Source: Amoebidium appalachense (taxonomy: Eukaryota > Protista > Ichthyosporea). From it: 64,000 nucleotides of DNA. Every line of letters starts with the position of its first letter. Position 1 is the first letter of the stretch. The stretch spans positions 5,101,421-5,165,420 of the forward strand of contig CAVNZM010000011.1 of assembly GCA_963693365.1 (NCBI GenBank). Reading direction: 5' to 3'. Below the pieces are notes generated by a model. The model had not been told where the DNA came from. It was given only the letters and a program-made list of their open reading frames with translations, and did not search any database. Shown in pieces: positions 52,151-62,037 of the stretch. Both the position numbers and the translations under genes were made by a program.

Positions 52151-52357
52151 TTTCTCAGGCATGCTTTTTCATACCCTGAGCTAGGCTAATTGTCATCCGT
52201 GTAGCATTGAGTCTCCATGAAACAAAGCGCTTTATTCTTACATCTTCCCCGACCTCCCACGCCTGCAGAACAGGTACCACAGCCCCGGGCGGGGCGCAGA
52301 CATTTTGGCTTGGCCCGGGGGGCTGGTAGGGGTCATCAAATATCTACGCAGTTGAGC

Positions 52358-54146
52358 ATGGCGGCCTCGGTTCACATCCCCGATCCACCAAGCTATGCAA
52401 GCGTGAAGCAGGACGACGAGCCAACGGGTACAAGGGAAAGCCACAGACGCAGAGAAAAGAGAGAAGACACTGGAAGGTGGCAAAACGGGGAAGAAGGAAA
52501 GGCATGGGTGAACGTGTCCAAGCCGCAAACAGGTGCAAAGAGCGTGGTTTGATGTACAAAAAGTTTTCTGTCAAATATAGATACAGAAAAAAAACCAGGC
52601 AGAGAGGCAGTAAGACAATAGCCCCAGATGCAAGAAACTGAAGAAAAGGGAGGAGAGGGGCGAGAAAGGAAAGCGAGAGAGAAGGGGAGAGAAAGGAACT
52701 GTCAGAAGTTTGTTGCCCACAAGAAGGGGTTCGGATTGCTCTGGTGGATCTGGAAGATAGGGGTCAAAATTGTCAAAGCAGACGAGTCCAAACAGACGAA
52801 CCGAAAGATCCGTCACATATGTCTGTAAGCAAGGAGAAAAAGAGGAGAGGAGGGACAAAATAAAACGAGAGAAGCACAGAAGAAAGAGCAGAAACTCTTT
52901 TAAAGGATCGTCTTAATGGGCGGCCTCCGGAGCTTGACGACTACAGGCATGTGGAGTGGATTGCTTTGCGGGAAAAGAATAGTGGTCCGCACAAAACTAG
53001 TTCGTGTGATCCCAACAAAGGAACAAAAGCGATGGTTGGTCGAAGCTCGGAGTGGCAAGGAAAATATTCAACCAATTGTGGGTCTTCACGACGACAGGAG
53101 CAGACAAAACTAATACGCAAACAGTTTGTCAACAACAAAAGCATTCCGAACCATGAAGAATACAAAAGCGTGTTCCAAATCTTCTTCGCAACGGGGCAGT
53201 GGATGATTTTTTTGGGGCGGTGGCCTCTCAGAAGGCGAAGGCGCGCTATGCTAAGAAGAGGGGTGTAAAAGCAAGCAGCGTTTTTGTCCGTTACAGATCC
53301 AAAAAAGATGGGCATCAATCGATTCTGATACCCCGCGCACTCACCAAATTCGAAGGTACACATGCTGTATTTGCCCCCACAATGTGCCCCGAACGAGGGC
53401 ATTGAAACTTCGGAGCAGGTACAACTGAAGAAGATGGAGAAGATGTCGTTGACGATGACAAAGGACGGACACTTCTACCTATCAATTACATATCGGGTAC
53501 CTGGGGGTGATAGCCAAGCCCCTATAACCGAACAATATGAGAGGCGGTATTGCACTCGATCTGGTATTAGAACCTTCCAGACTGTCTACGACCCCTGCAA
53601 GAAGGAGGTCACCCACCTCTTTCCCGGTGACATCAAACGCATCAGTCGACTTCTCAACCGTGAAGACCAGCTGAAAGTCGTTTGACTAACACATCTGTTA
53701 AACACAAAAGCCGCCACGAATGAAAAAGGCGTGGCCCGAAGCGCGAGGCAGAACCTATTGGGGATGCCCACTGGAAGGCCGCTGGATGGCTCACCTCCAA
53801 CTGACGTGGGATCTTGGTTTGATTCAGGGAACAGTCACGGAGGGGGAAGAGGAAGCTCCGCAGCAAGAGCGTTCGATGTATGATGGGTTGGCAGCATGCC
53901 AAGTTTCGACAACGGCTGGTGTGTAAGGCAGAACAGCGGGGAACTGCAGTGGTGTTTGTCAACGAGCCCTACACCAGCAAAACGTGTGGGAGGTGCGGAC
54001 AAATCAATCAGAGTCTTGGAGGTTCTAAGGTGTTCAAGTGTAAACATTGTGGGTTGGTCATAGACAGGGATGTCAATGGGGCTCGCAATATTTTTATTCG
54101 CTCTTGTACGCGGCCCGTGGGCAGCCACGGGCCTCTGCCGGTATAG
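52358..54146 (+). pseudogene. Decayed Fanzor2/TnpB RNA-guided nuclease
   Basis: HTH-like RTKLVRVIPTKEQKRWL (~52990); RuvC-I IALD(P)GIRTFQTVYDP broken by a 1-nt deletion at ~53560; RKLRSKSVRCMMGWQHAKFRQRL; EPYTSKTCGRCG...FKCKHCGLVIDRDVNGARNI. Many frameshifts and stops; the start at 52358 is inferred. Confidence 0.88.
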
Positions 54147-54245
54147 GCCAGGGTTCTTGTAACCTTGCATGACCATGCCACTAGCCTAGCTCCTTCATGA
54201 CCCGTGGTCGTGTTGGCAAGATTAGGAAAGGATGGTAGGTTCAAC
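54112..54245 (+). ncRNA. Candidate Fanzor omegaRNA scaffold
   Basis: Perfect hairpin GGCCCGTGG-GCAG-CCACGGGCC (54112-54133), further stems CAGGGTT/AACCTTG and CATGACC/GGTCGTG, overlapping the Fanzor 3' end where such RNAs are normally encoded. Confidence 0.45.
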
Positions 54246-54297
54246 TGTATCTGGAAGCCGGTCTATAAGAAACAAATAAAGAGATGAATTGCTTTTT

Positions 54298-54907
54298 TTA
54301 TTTTGTACACTGTCTGTTTGCTTGCATATGCCCTCTGCGTGACCCCCCCTTCTGATTCCGACAGAACGTGTACCACAGACCGTGCAGCAGCGCGTCCGCC
54401 ATGTCGTCCTTCTTGCCCTCCCGCGCAAACTTGTCCCGCCACCCCTGCTCGCTCTGCAGCTTCAGCGCCTGCTGCGTGTCGACCACCGCACGCCGCTTGT
54501 ACACCGCATACGCCGCCTTGCCCGTCTCCGCGGGGGCCATTCCGTGGCGGGCGAGCCACGCCCCGCACTGGTTCTTGCGCGTGCCGTGCTGCAGCACCAC
54601 GCCGGGCCCGTGGCCATTGGTCAATCTGAGGGTGAGGAAGTACGCCTGCAGCGCGTGCGCCAGCACGCTCAGCTTGGTGACCATCTGGCGCTCGATGACG
54701 ACCATGTCGACGTCCGCGAACAGCGCGCGGTCCTCGTGCAGCCGGCGCAGCAGCAGCTCCACCAGCACCGTGGCCGTGGTGTCCGGGTTGCCCACGAGCC
54801 AGCGGTCCCACGTGTGGATGATGAAGGGGGTGGCGCGGGTCGTCGGTGGTGCTGAGCACGCACACCACCAGGTTCAGGAAGCCGACGTCGATGGCGGCCA
54901 CACGCAT
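54298..54907 (-). CDS. Poxvirus A22-like RuvC Holliday junction resolvase; one frameshift in the run at 54826-54830
   Basis: MRVAAIDVGFLNL...VVIERQ...KKDDMADALLH, with all catalytic acidic residues present. Confidence 0.88.
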
Positions 54908-54984
54908 TGTGGGGGTGGGGGTTGGGGGATTCCCTTTTATGCTTCCCTGCCCAACTCGTTTACAAGAATATTGTTGGCACAGGC

Positions 54985-55500
54985 ATGGGAACCGGGACTT
55001 CACACGCCACATGGGGATGGGACGCGGATTACGACCACGAGGTGTTTATCGACGGCGGCTCGGATTTGGCCGAAATGATACCACGGCTGGGCCAGCCGAA
55101 CACATTCTACTTGCAGCTGACACTGCCGTGCGAGGATGTGTTGTCCGGGCAGGAGTCGTTTCTGTTCTTGATCGAAAGCGCACAGGCGCGGGAGCCCTGG
55201 ATGATCCATGGGAGGGGGCACTACAACTGGCTCATGGTCGGGCGGCTCGAGGGGGTCCCCGTCGTCGTCAACATCATCTTCTTCGGTGACGAGGAGGAGG
55301 ACAGGTTTGGCGTGTTCCTCATGGAGACGTCGTCCGATCCCCAGTACACCGACCGCTACCAGCAGTTCCAGGAGCGCGCGCGTCACTGCGGCATGGCTGT
55401 GGCGCGCCGTGCGGCGTACGCGACATTCGAGTCCTTCTCGTTCGTGCCTAGGTTCCCACAGGTTGAACGCCCCGCTGACAGGGCGGCTATGGGCGGGTAG
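54985..55500 (+). CDS. Hypothetical protein
   Basis: ATG ORF with G/C-ending codon bias, divergent from the resolvase. Confidence 0.6.
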   Translation: MGTGTSHATWGWDADYDHEVFIDGGSDLAEMIPRLGQPNTFYLQLTLPCEDVLSGQESFLFLIESAQAREPWMIHGRGHYNWLMVGRLEGVPVVVNIIFFGDEEEDRFGVFLMETSSDPQYTDRYQQFQERARHCGMAVARRAAYATFESFSFVPRFPQVERPADRAAMGG

Positions 55501-55503
55501 AGG

Positions 55504-56888
55504 TTAGACCATTAAAGCCTCTTGTATGTCATCGGCGACTCCTTCCCCCCATGGACCATAAAGATCCAGCACGTCCAGGAGTACGCTGCGAAACTTGTTG
55601 AAGGGAACATCAAAGAGCTCGGTGTTTTTGTTGTCTCCCACCCGGCATCCGCGCAGCTCGGTCTTTATGAACTTCTCTATTGGCCGGGGGGTTTCGGAAG
55701 GCAGCAGCAGGACGATCTTGTTGTTCATGTCAGCCAAGAGGGAACGATAATCCGAAAAGCGTTTCTCTACATTGGTTGTGAAACCGAATTTCAGGCGTTG
55801 GTGGGAATCTGTCGAAGGTACATGCACGGCGTACACAAACGTATCTCCTCGCTGTGCTAAGCGATACAGGGTGCGTGTGTTTTCTGCAGTTGCATCCATG
55901 AACTTAATATAGGCATCAGGGAGGGGGGTGCGAGCCGCAGCTTGAGGCGTTCGACTTCGGTTTGAGCCAGGCGAGTGTCAGCATCCTTTCGTGCAACGTA
56001 TGCCTGTGCGTCGAGGAGAGCTGCTTCTGCTTCAAGGATTGCAGCTTCTGCCTGAAGCTTTGCCGCATAAGCTGCAACAAGTGCTGGGACCGTCAACATC
56101 TTCTCTTCACGTAGGCGTGCCAGTTGGCGATCAGTTAGGATACGAATCTTTTCCACGGGACCACTATGTGCGGGATTCTCGGTTGCCTGGCGCTTTACAA
56201 CCCCGGATTGAACACCCCCAGTGGTTCCTGGTACCATATCAGTTTCTGCGTGTACACTGCTAACCGACCCCTCGTCTTCTGAATGGAGTTCTCCGATGAC
56301 CTCACACCACTTTGCACGAAACGAAGGATTGGCATCAGTGACAAAAGCGGTAGCTAAATCCAAAGTGATCCAAGTACCCCGAAGGGACTCCTTGTCAATG
56401 CCCTGGTACTGATTCCGAGAGTGGTCGATAATGGATGGCGATTTCTCTAGACCTGACCCGCCCTGCGTCCTGCCCTGCACTTCAAAGGTATTCTCCCCAA
56501 TCGAAGGAGAAGATCGTGGTTGGCGCTTCTTGAGGTCCTCTACTAAACCTGACCCGCCCTGCGTCCTGCCCTGCACTTCAAAGGTGTTCTCCCCCATCGA
56601 AGGAGAAGATTGTGACTGGTGCTTCTCAAGGTCCTCCACCAAATCTCGTGCGCCCTTTAGCCTGTACCAATTACTCCAGGTTTTTCCCATTTTGGCTGCC
56701 AATCTACTCCCATTCACCCACAGCTTCCCCCCCTGTCTTACTTCTGCATGAGTCACCGAGACCCCACACTCATCGGTCATGTCAAAGTGTTCACCCTCCT
56801 TGTAAGCCTTTCCTTTATACATAACCACTCCCGTCTGTTGCACTGTCATGTAGGAGGGAGGGTCTTGGGCCTCAACGTTCGACGCCAT
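55504..56888 (-). CDS. KilA-N / coiled-coil / T5orf172 (GIY-YIG) protein; one frameshift in the run near 55925
   Basis: WVNGSRLAAKMGKTWSNWYRLK...RGTWITLDLA...ANPSF (KilA-N, with a 96-nt internal duplication); FVYAV...LKFGFTTNVEKRFSDY...IEKFIK...TELF. Confidence 0.78.
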
Positions 56889-56922
56889 ACACAAGTGCAC
56901 AGATAATATCTGAGAATCTTCT

Positions 56923-58281
56923 TTATTTAACCGCGACCAGCGCCGAGAAACAGCCAGTCACCCTTGTCCCGGTCTCGTCCACCACCACCAGCCGCAGCGT
57001 GTCGACGTGGTCCAGCGTCCCCAAGATCTGCGGGCTCGCCAGCATGTCGTCCACCGCCCCGCCCGCCGCCCCCTGCACGCCCGGCGCCATGATGCGCCCC
57101 TGCAGGTTCGTCTCGCCCTGCATGACGTGCACCATGAGCGCCCCCCGCGGGCCCAGGGGTGCATCCGTCCCAAACACGCACTGGATGTTGTCGCCCTGGC
57201 ACGGCAGCTGCTGGTCGCCCTCCTCCACGGCCGCATGGTCTCGCCCGTCGAAGTAGCGGGCCAGCGGAGGCAGCCCCGCTGTCAGGCTGTGGCTGACGTG
57301 CGCGCCGGCCGCCATTCCCAGCACGCTCCCGAGCCCCCGGCACACGTCAAGCGAGAACGTCGGCACCGACGCATACGGCAGCCAGTGCTTCATGGTGTCC
57401 GGGTCCATGTTCTTGCGGTGGTGGATGCTGATGACCAGTCGCCCGGGCAGCGCGAGCTTCGAGGGCGTCATGAGGTTGTACAGCGTGTTGTGGAACGGCC
57501 ACTGGATGCGCCCGTGGGTGTCACGCTCGTTGGCCAGCTCACGCCACGCCCATGCGTTCTCCCTGTAGTACAGCTGCGCGAGCATCAGCGCCTCGAATGC
57601 GATCTCGTCGCGCGGGCCCTGCCGGCGTGGCGCCCACCGCGTCTTGCACACAAAGTCCTGGTGCCTGGTCCACGCCTCGCCGTTGCGCTCGGCGTCCCGG
57701 CGCAACCGCTCCGTGTGTGTGACGCTGGCGTAGTAGGGCAGCGTGTCCGGGTACATCTCCAAAATGTCCGCCACCTCCTCGGGGCTGTAGCTGGGGTTGA
57801 AGCATGCGGCGATGGCGGCGTCCAGACGCATCTCGAGTTCGGCGCACAGGGTGTCCAGGGTGTAGTTGCCCACAGGCAGGTACACGTCGGTGGACGCCTT
57901 CACCCACATGCCTGGGGGCCGGCCGTCGGGCGAGTCCAGGTACGACAGCGACAGCGTGAGCTTGTTGGCGCCCTCGCACACGTCGTACACGCTGTGCGCC
58001 TTGATGCCCTCAACACGGATGCCGTGCACGGACTGGGTGGCGGGAAACTCCACCTGCAGCGGCCGGCACTCGGACCCGCCCGTCACGAAGTGGTAGCGCC
58101 ACTGGCCCTGCGGCGGCTGCGGGGGCTCGACACGCGGGGGCGCCTCGCTCGGCACCGACACGCTGCGGGGGGCCGAGGGCAGGGCTGGCCCGTGCGGGAA
58201 CGCTGCCCGGCGCGCCACGGCTGCCGAGAAATCGATGTGGGACGCCATGTCGTCAAGGATGCGGGAGCGCGCATGCGACAT
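56923..58281 (-). CDS. Putative minor capsid (penton-like) protein
   Basis: VYLPVGNYTLDTLCAELEMRL, GLGSVLGM and C-terminal VDTLRLVVVDETG resemble the GNY/LGF/xLxDxxG pattern of penton-family proteins of large DNA viruses. Confidence 0.5.
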   Translation of the reverse strand: MSHARSRILDDMASHIDFSAAVARRAAFPHGPALPSAPRSVSVPSEAPPRVEPPQPPQGQWRYHFVTGGSECRPLQVEFPATQSVHGIRVEGIKAHSVYDVCEGANKLTLSLSYLDSPDGRPPGMWVKASTDVYLPVGNYTLDTLCAELEMRLDAAIAACFNPSYSPEEVADILEMYPDTLPYYASVTHTERLRRDAERNGEAWTRHQDFVCKTRWAPRRQGPRDEIAFEALMLAQLYYRENAWAWRELANERDTHGRIQWPFHNTLYNLMTPSKLALPGRLVISIHHRKNMDPDTMKHWLPYASVPTFSLDVCRGLGSVLGMAAGAHVSHSLTAGLPPLARYFDGRDHAAVEEGDQQLPCQGDNIQCVFGTDAPLGPRGALMVHVMQGETNLQGRIMAPGVQGAAGGAVDDMLASPQILGTLDHVDTLRLVVVDETGTRVTGCFSALVAVK

Positions 58282-58465
58282 TACATTGGGGCACAATAAA
58301 AAAGAAGCCAGCTCTAGACACAAGATCAAACAAGATCAAATATCAAATTGGCCATATACACGACATAGAAAAACAAGGTTGCCAAATATCTTTGTAGCAG
58401 CGTGCAACCAAACCAGAGGGCAATGGAAATGCCAGCCTTTATTTGATTGGTTCATCTGATTCATG

Positions 58466-58940
58466 CTAGAACTCAACCAGCTTGCCATGTTGCTTCTCGC
58501 TCTCCGGCACTTTTGCGGCCATCACATACGTGACCTGCGAGTCCGAGGCAGCCACACCGGACTTGTTTGACCACGCATCCAACGGCCATTTGTTGACGGC
58601 TTTTCTCATGTAGCAATAGCCTTTTGGCCGCTTCCCGTCCATATCCTGCCATGGCGAAAAGCCCACCTGTTCGCATCCACTCGTAGATTGGCATCGGTTA
58701 ATGCACTGACTGGCCGACGTGTACCCATAGTTCACCGGGTCTTGCCAGTCGTTAAACGTGTTGTCCGTGCTGTGGTCCCCCACTTGGTCGAAAGCATACC
58801 ACTGTGTCCGTTTGACTGCAGGGGTACTGTCGGGGGGTTTTGCCAGGGTCGGGTTTGGGTTCGTACTTGGAGTATGCCCATGCCAACACACCGATAGTAA
58901 GCATTAGAATGATTAAGGCAATCGCATTTGACAAGTCCAT
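58466..58940 (-). CDS. Membrane-anchored PAN/Apple-like domain protein; one frameshift near 58835
   Basis: N-terminal TM (AIALIILMLTIGVLAWAY) then SASQCINRCQSTSGCEQVGF...YCYMR. Confidence 0.6.
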
Positions 58941-59020
58941 TCTTCTTGCGCAAATTAAAAGCTGGCGTGGCTGAACAAAACAAAGAATGGACAGGCCAAC
59001 TCTGGTTTTCCGAGAAATGA

Positions 59021-59416
59021 TTAACGTCTGATGAGCGTGCAACGGCACTCCCAGTTGGATGCGTTCACCCCGGCGGGTGGTGCGGGCGGGTCCACGGGCA
59101 TCGTGGGCATGGGTTCGTCGGTTGGGTCGCCTTCAGTGATGGAGGTGGGGATCTCGAATACGTCGGTGTCCGTTTCGGTGGGAGTTTCCGAGGCCGAGGT
59201 GGTTTCGATGGTTTGAATCGAAGCGGCGGCTGTGGTGGTGGCTGTAACGGTCTCCACGTGCGTCAGGGTCGCCCACCACGTCTTTGTTTCGGCAGTGGAG
59301 CTGGGCGGCACGTGCGCGGTGGTTGCCGCAAGGGTTGCCGAGCTTGCAAACACCAGGCACTCGGGGGCCGCAAGGACCAGTGCAAGCAGGGGGGGACACA
59401 GGAGCAGCGCACGCAT
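59021..59416 (-). CDS. Secreted Thr/Pro-rich (mucin-like) small protein
   Basis: Signal-like MRALLLCPPLLALVLA, a T-rich body and C-terminal WECRC. Confidence 0.6.
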   Translation of the reverse strand: MRALLLCPPLLALVLAAPECLVFASSATLAATTAHVPPSSTAETKTWWATLTHVETVTATTTAAASIQTIETTSASETPTETDTDVFEIPTSITEGDPTDEPMPTMPVDPPAPPAGVNASNWECRCTLIRR

Positions 59417-59436
59417 TGATAGATGGCTACAAAATA

Positions 59437-60024
59437 TCAGAGCTCGAGCAGCGCCAGAAAAAGCGTCAGGCCCGGGAACGGGAACAGGTCCACGCACACG
59501 CGCACGCGCCACACGTGCAGCAGGCACAGCGCAAGGTTGACGCCGCGGAACCCATACTGCATGGTGGGGCTCGTGTCTGCGACCGAGGACACAAACCACG
59601 AGGGCATGGGCAGGGGCCCCACGCCGAGCACGCCGATGGAGAAGGCCACGCCGAGCTCCACGCGGCCCTGGGGCGGTGCGCTAGGTGGGGGGAGAGCCGG
59701 CAGGTCTTTGTCGTGCAGACGCACCCGCACGCCCGCCAGACCCGTGTCGGGAACGTGGTTGGGCTGCGGGAGCGGGCAGTCGCTGAACCCAAAAGAGCTC
59801 GCCTGAGCCGGGTCATCGGTGAACGTGACGACGTTGGCCTCGGGCAGCGCCCTCCAGTACATGCGTGTCTCACCGAGCATGGCGGTGACCTTGTCGCCGT
59901 CACGCCGCCACCGCAGGCCCATGCCCGTGTGCCTCGTGTTGGCCAGGTCCTCGGGCCACTCCACCGGGCAGCTGAGCAGCGCGAGGTTGCGGCTGACGAA
60001 GCGGTCGCCGTGCGTGATGTGCAT
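59437..60024 (-). CDS. Hypothetical protein with hydrophobic C-terminus
   Basis: 195-aa ATG ORF packed between its neighbours. Confidence 0.5.
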   Translation of the reverse strand: MHITHGDRFVSRNLALLSCPVEWPEDLANTRHTGMGLRWRRDGDKVTAMLGETRMYWRALPEANVVTFTDDPAQASSFGFSDCPLPQPNHVPDTGLAGVRVRLHDKDLPALPPPSAPPQGRVELGVAFSIGVLGVGPLPMPSWFVSSVADTSPTMQYGFRGVNLALCLLHVWRVRVCVDLFPFPGLTLFLALLEL

Positions 60025-60072
60025 GCACTACAGGAAGATTAAGCCGGCACAAAATGCGCCCGTGACGTAACA

Positions 60073-60438
60073 ATGCAGCTGGTACTCCTGCTCATGGCCC
60101 TCTGCGTGACCACCCTGCTTGCGCTTGCGCTGCGAGATGCGGTGCGCACGGTGTTCGGTCGTGACCCGCCCTGCGACGCACCCGCCTGTGCCGCCCTGCT
60201 TTATGACAAGCGCCTGGCCGCGGGCTGGGAGGCCGACACAGCCCGTTTTGGCGAATGTGGCCGGTGCCCGCGCATGGAAGTTTCCAATGTCAACGGCCTG
60301 CGCTACTGGAACGAGGAGAAGGGTCAATGGTTCTCGGCACAGATGTCCTATGCCGACTTTGCCACACGCCTGGGCGACGACCGCACCGCCTGGCTCGCGC
60401 GGCTGGCCGCTGCGCTGAGAAGGGAGGTCCTCCGCTGA
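60073..60438 (+). CDS. Small protein with N-terminal signal/TM segment
   Basis: MQLVLLLMALCVTTLLALAL followed by paired cysteines. Confidence 0.6.
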   Translation: MQLVLLLMALCVTTLLALALRDAVRTVFGRDPPCDAPACAALLYDKRLAAGWEADTARFGECGRCPRMEVSNVNGLRYWNEEKGQWFSAQMSYADFATRLGDDRTAWLARLAAALRREVLR

Positions 60439-60480
60439 GGCAGGGATCAATCCACCTCAATTCTTGACCTTTTGATGCCC

Positions 60481-61986
60481 TCAGGGGAGGAGGCGCGCCG
60501 CTTGTTCTCGGACCTCGTTCACAAGTTGCTCGCCGTCCTTGCGTGTTGGCAGTCCTGCATCCTTGAGCTCGGCATCGGTCAATACGAGAACTTTCTTGGA
60601 AAGCACCATGTCCACGACCTCTCGGTAACGCTCCTGTTGATTGACGCCGTCTTGCGCCCACCAATCCGCAGTTTGATACATCTTAGCCCCGTAGAGTTCG
60701 ACCAGGCGCTTTCCGTACATCGCGATCGTCCCCCCGACCTTATAAACCGCTTGGAATCCCCCATCCCTTGCGATTTTCGTCTTGATGAAGTTGCAGATCC
60801 GCTCGCCTATGGTGTGCCCATCCGCACCCGGTATGGACGACCAGTCGGCTTGTGAAGTCCGCAACAGTATGTAAATACTCAACCAAGACGCACAGGCCCC
60901 ATCGACCACCTCGTCTCTGTCAAACAATTCGTCGTACAATGTCCTTTTTCCATGAAGATTTTGCAAATCAGTGCAAACACTTTCGGGTTTGAGGGATCGA
61001 AGTATGTCTTTCAGCTTGCCTGTGGGATCAGCGCTTCTCATGAATGAGACAAGGGCTTTTGTCAACGTGCTACTCGGGGCATGGACATTGAAGAACTCCA
61101 GAACTATACTCGACTTGTCACCTGAAACGAGTATGATGACAGAAGCATGGTGCACTTCACCTGTGTATATAATAAAGTAGGGCACCCGTTGGGGGTCAGT
61201 CAGCCATTGGAACAACATTGTCGCGAGTTCGTTCCTAAAAAAGAACTTCCATTTAGGCATCGATATGGTGGTCATGAAGCCATCGTTCCTGAGATTCCTA
61301 AACGATTGCTGGACAGTCATTGACTCGTTGTTGGGTTGTGTACGGAGCAATTCTCCGGGGGCGAAAATTGTGGACTTCGGAAGATATGTCTGTAGCATTA
61401 CTATAGTATTGGTTCTCCCCTCTACTGCAGGCGAAGTCCACACAGACCCTACCCCTATCAAATCTTTTATGGACCCCGAAATTTGTTGGGCCCCGCGGTA
61501 CAGTTTGTCAAACAAGAGGTCTGCTACCGAATCCTCCTGCAAATATGGGGGTGTTGGGTTCCCAGGGATGGTACTCTTTTTGTACTCCTCGATCTGGTAT
61601 GGGGCGTGCTTCACCATGATCTCCTTGAAAGCATTGCCCCTCTTGTCCAACATGAAGTTTCGAACCGAATCGTAAGTTGTGTCGAAGGTGCGTATCCCAG
61701 GACTATCTTGGTTCTCGAACTCGATATTCACGGAGTAGCCATCCTGTTGCGCATCGAACCGGAGACGTTTAACACAGGCAAGATACACCGGGATCGTGTC
61801 GGGTTCTGTGCTTTCCAGGGAGAGGGAGAGGCAACCGTTTTCCGGTGTCCATGCGTACGTCTGAGTGCTGGGGGAGACCGGCGTTTCTTCCACAAAATGT
61901 TCTGCATTTTTCTTTACGAACCTGAAAAAGCAGCGCGGCTTCACGGGAAATCTTTCCACTACATCCCTCCCTCGCCCGTGTGCCAT
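60481..61986 (-). CDS. 501-aa putative cysteine protease, paralog of 48726-50237
   Basis: Full-length similarity (VKPxCFFxFVKxN, LQTYLPKS, HASV, FFN, GACASWL, TIGERICN, VLTDAEL...GLPxRxDGE). Confidence 0.55.
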   Translation of the reverse strand: MAHGRGRDVVERFPVKPRCFFRFVKKNAEHFVEETPVSPSTQTYAWTPENGCLSLSLESTEPDTIPVYLACVKRLRFDAQQDGYSVNIEFENQDSPGIRTFDTTYDSVRNFMLDKRGNAFKEIMVKHAPYQIEEYKKSTIPGNPTPPYLQEDSVADLLFDKLYRGAQQISGSIKDLIGVGSVWTSPAVEGRTNTIVMLQTYLPKSTIFAPGELLRTQPNNESMTVQQSFRNLRNDGFMTTISMPKWKFFFRNELATMLFQWLTDPQRVPYFIIYTGEVHHASVIILVSGDKSSIVLEFFNVHAPSSTLTKALVSFMRSADPTGKLKDILRSLKPESVCTDLQNLHGKRTLYDELFDRDEVVDGACASWLSIYILLRTSQADWSSIPGADGHTIGERICNFIKTKIARDGGFQAVYKVGGTIAMYGKRLVELYGAKMYQTADWWAQDGVNQQERYREVVDMVLSKKVLVLTDAELKDAGLPTRKDGEQLVNEVREQAARLLP

Positions 61987-62037
61987 CTATAGATTCAACA
62001 CCCCAAAACTTTGGTGGCTTCGATTGTGTTCGCTTGT

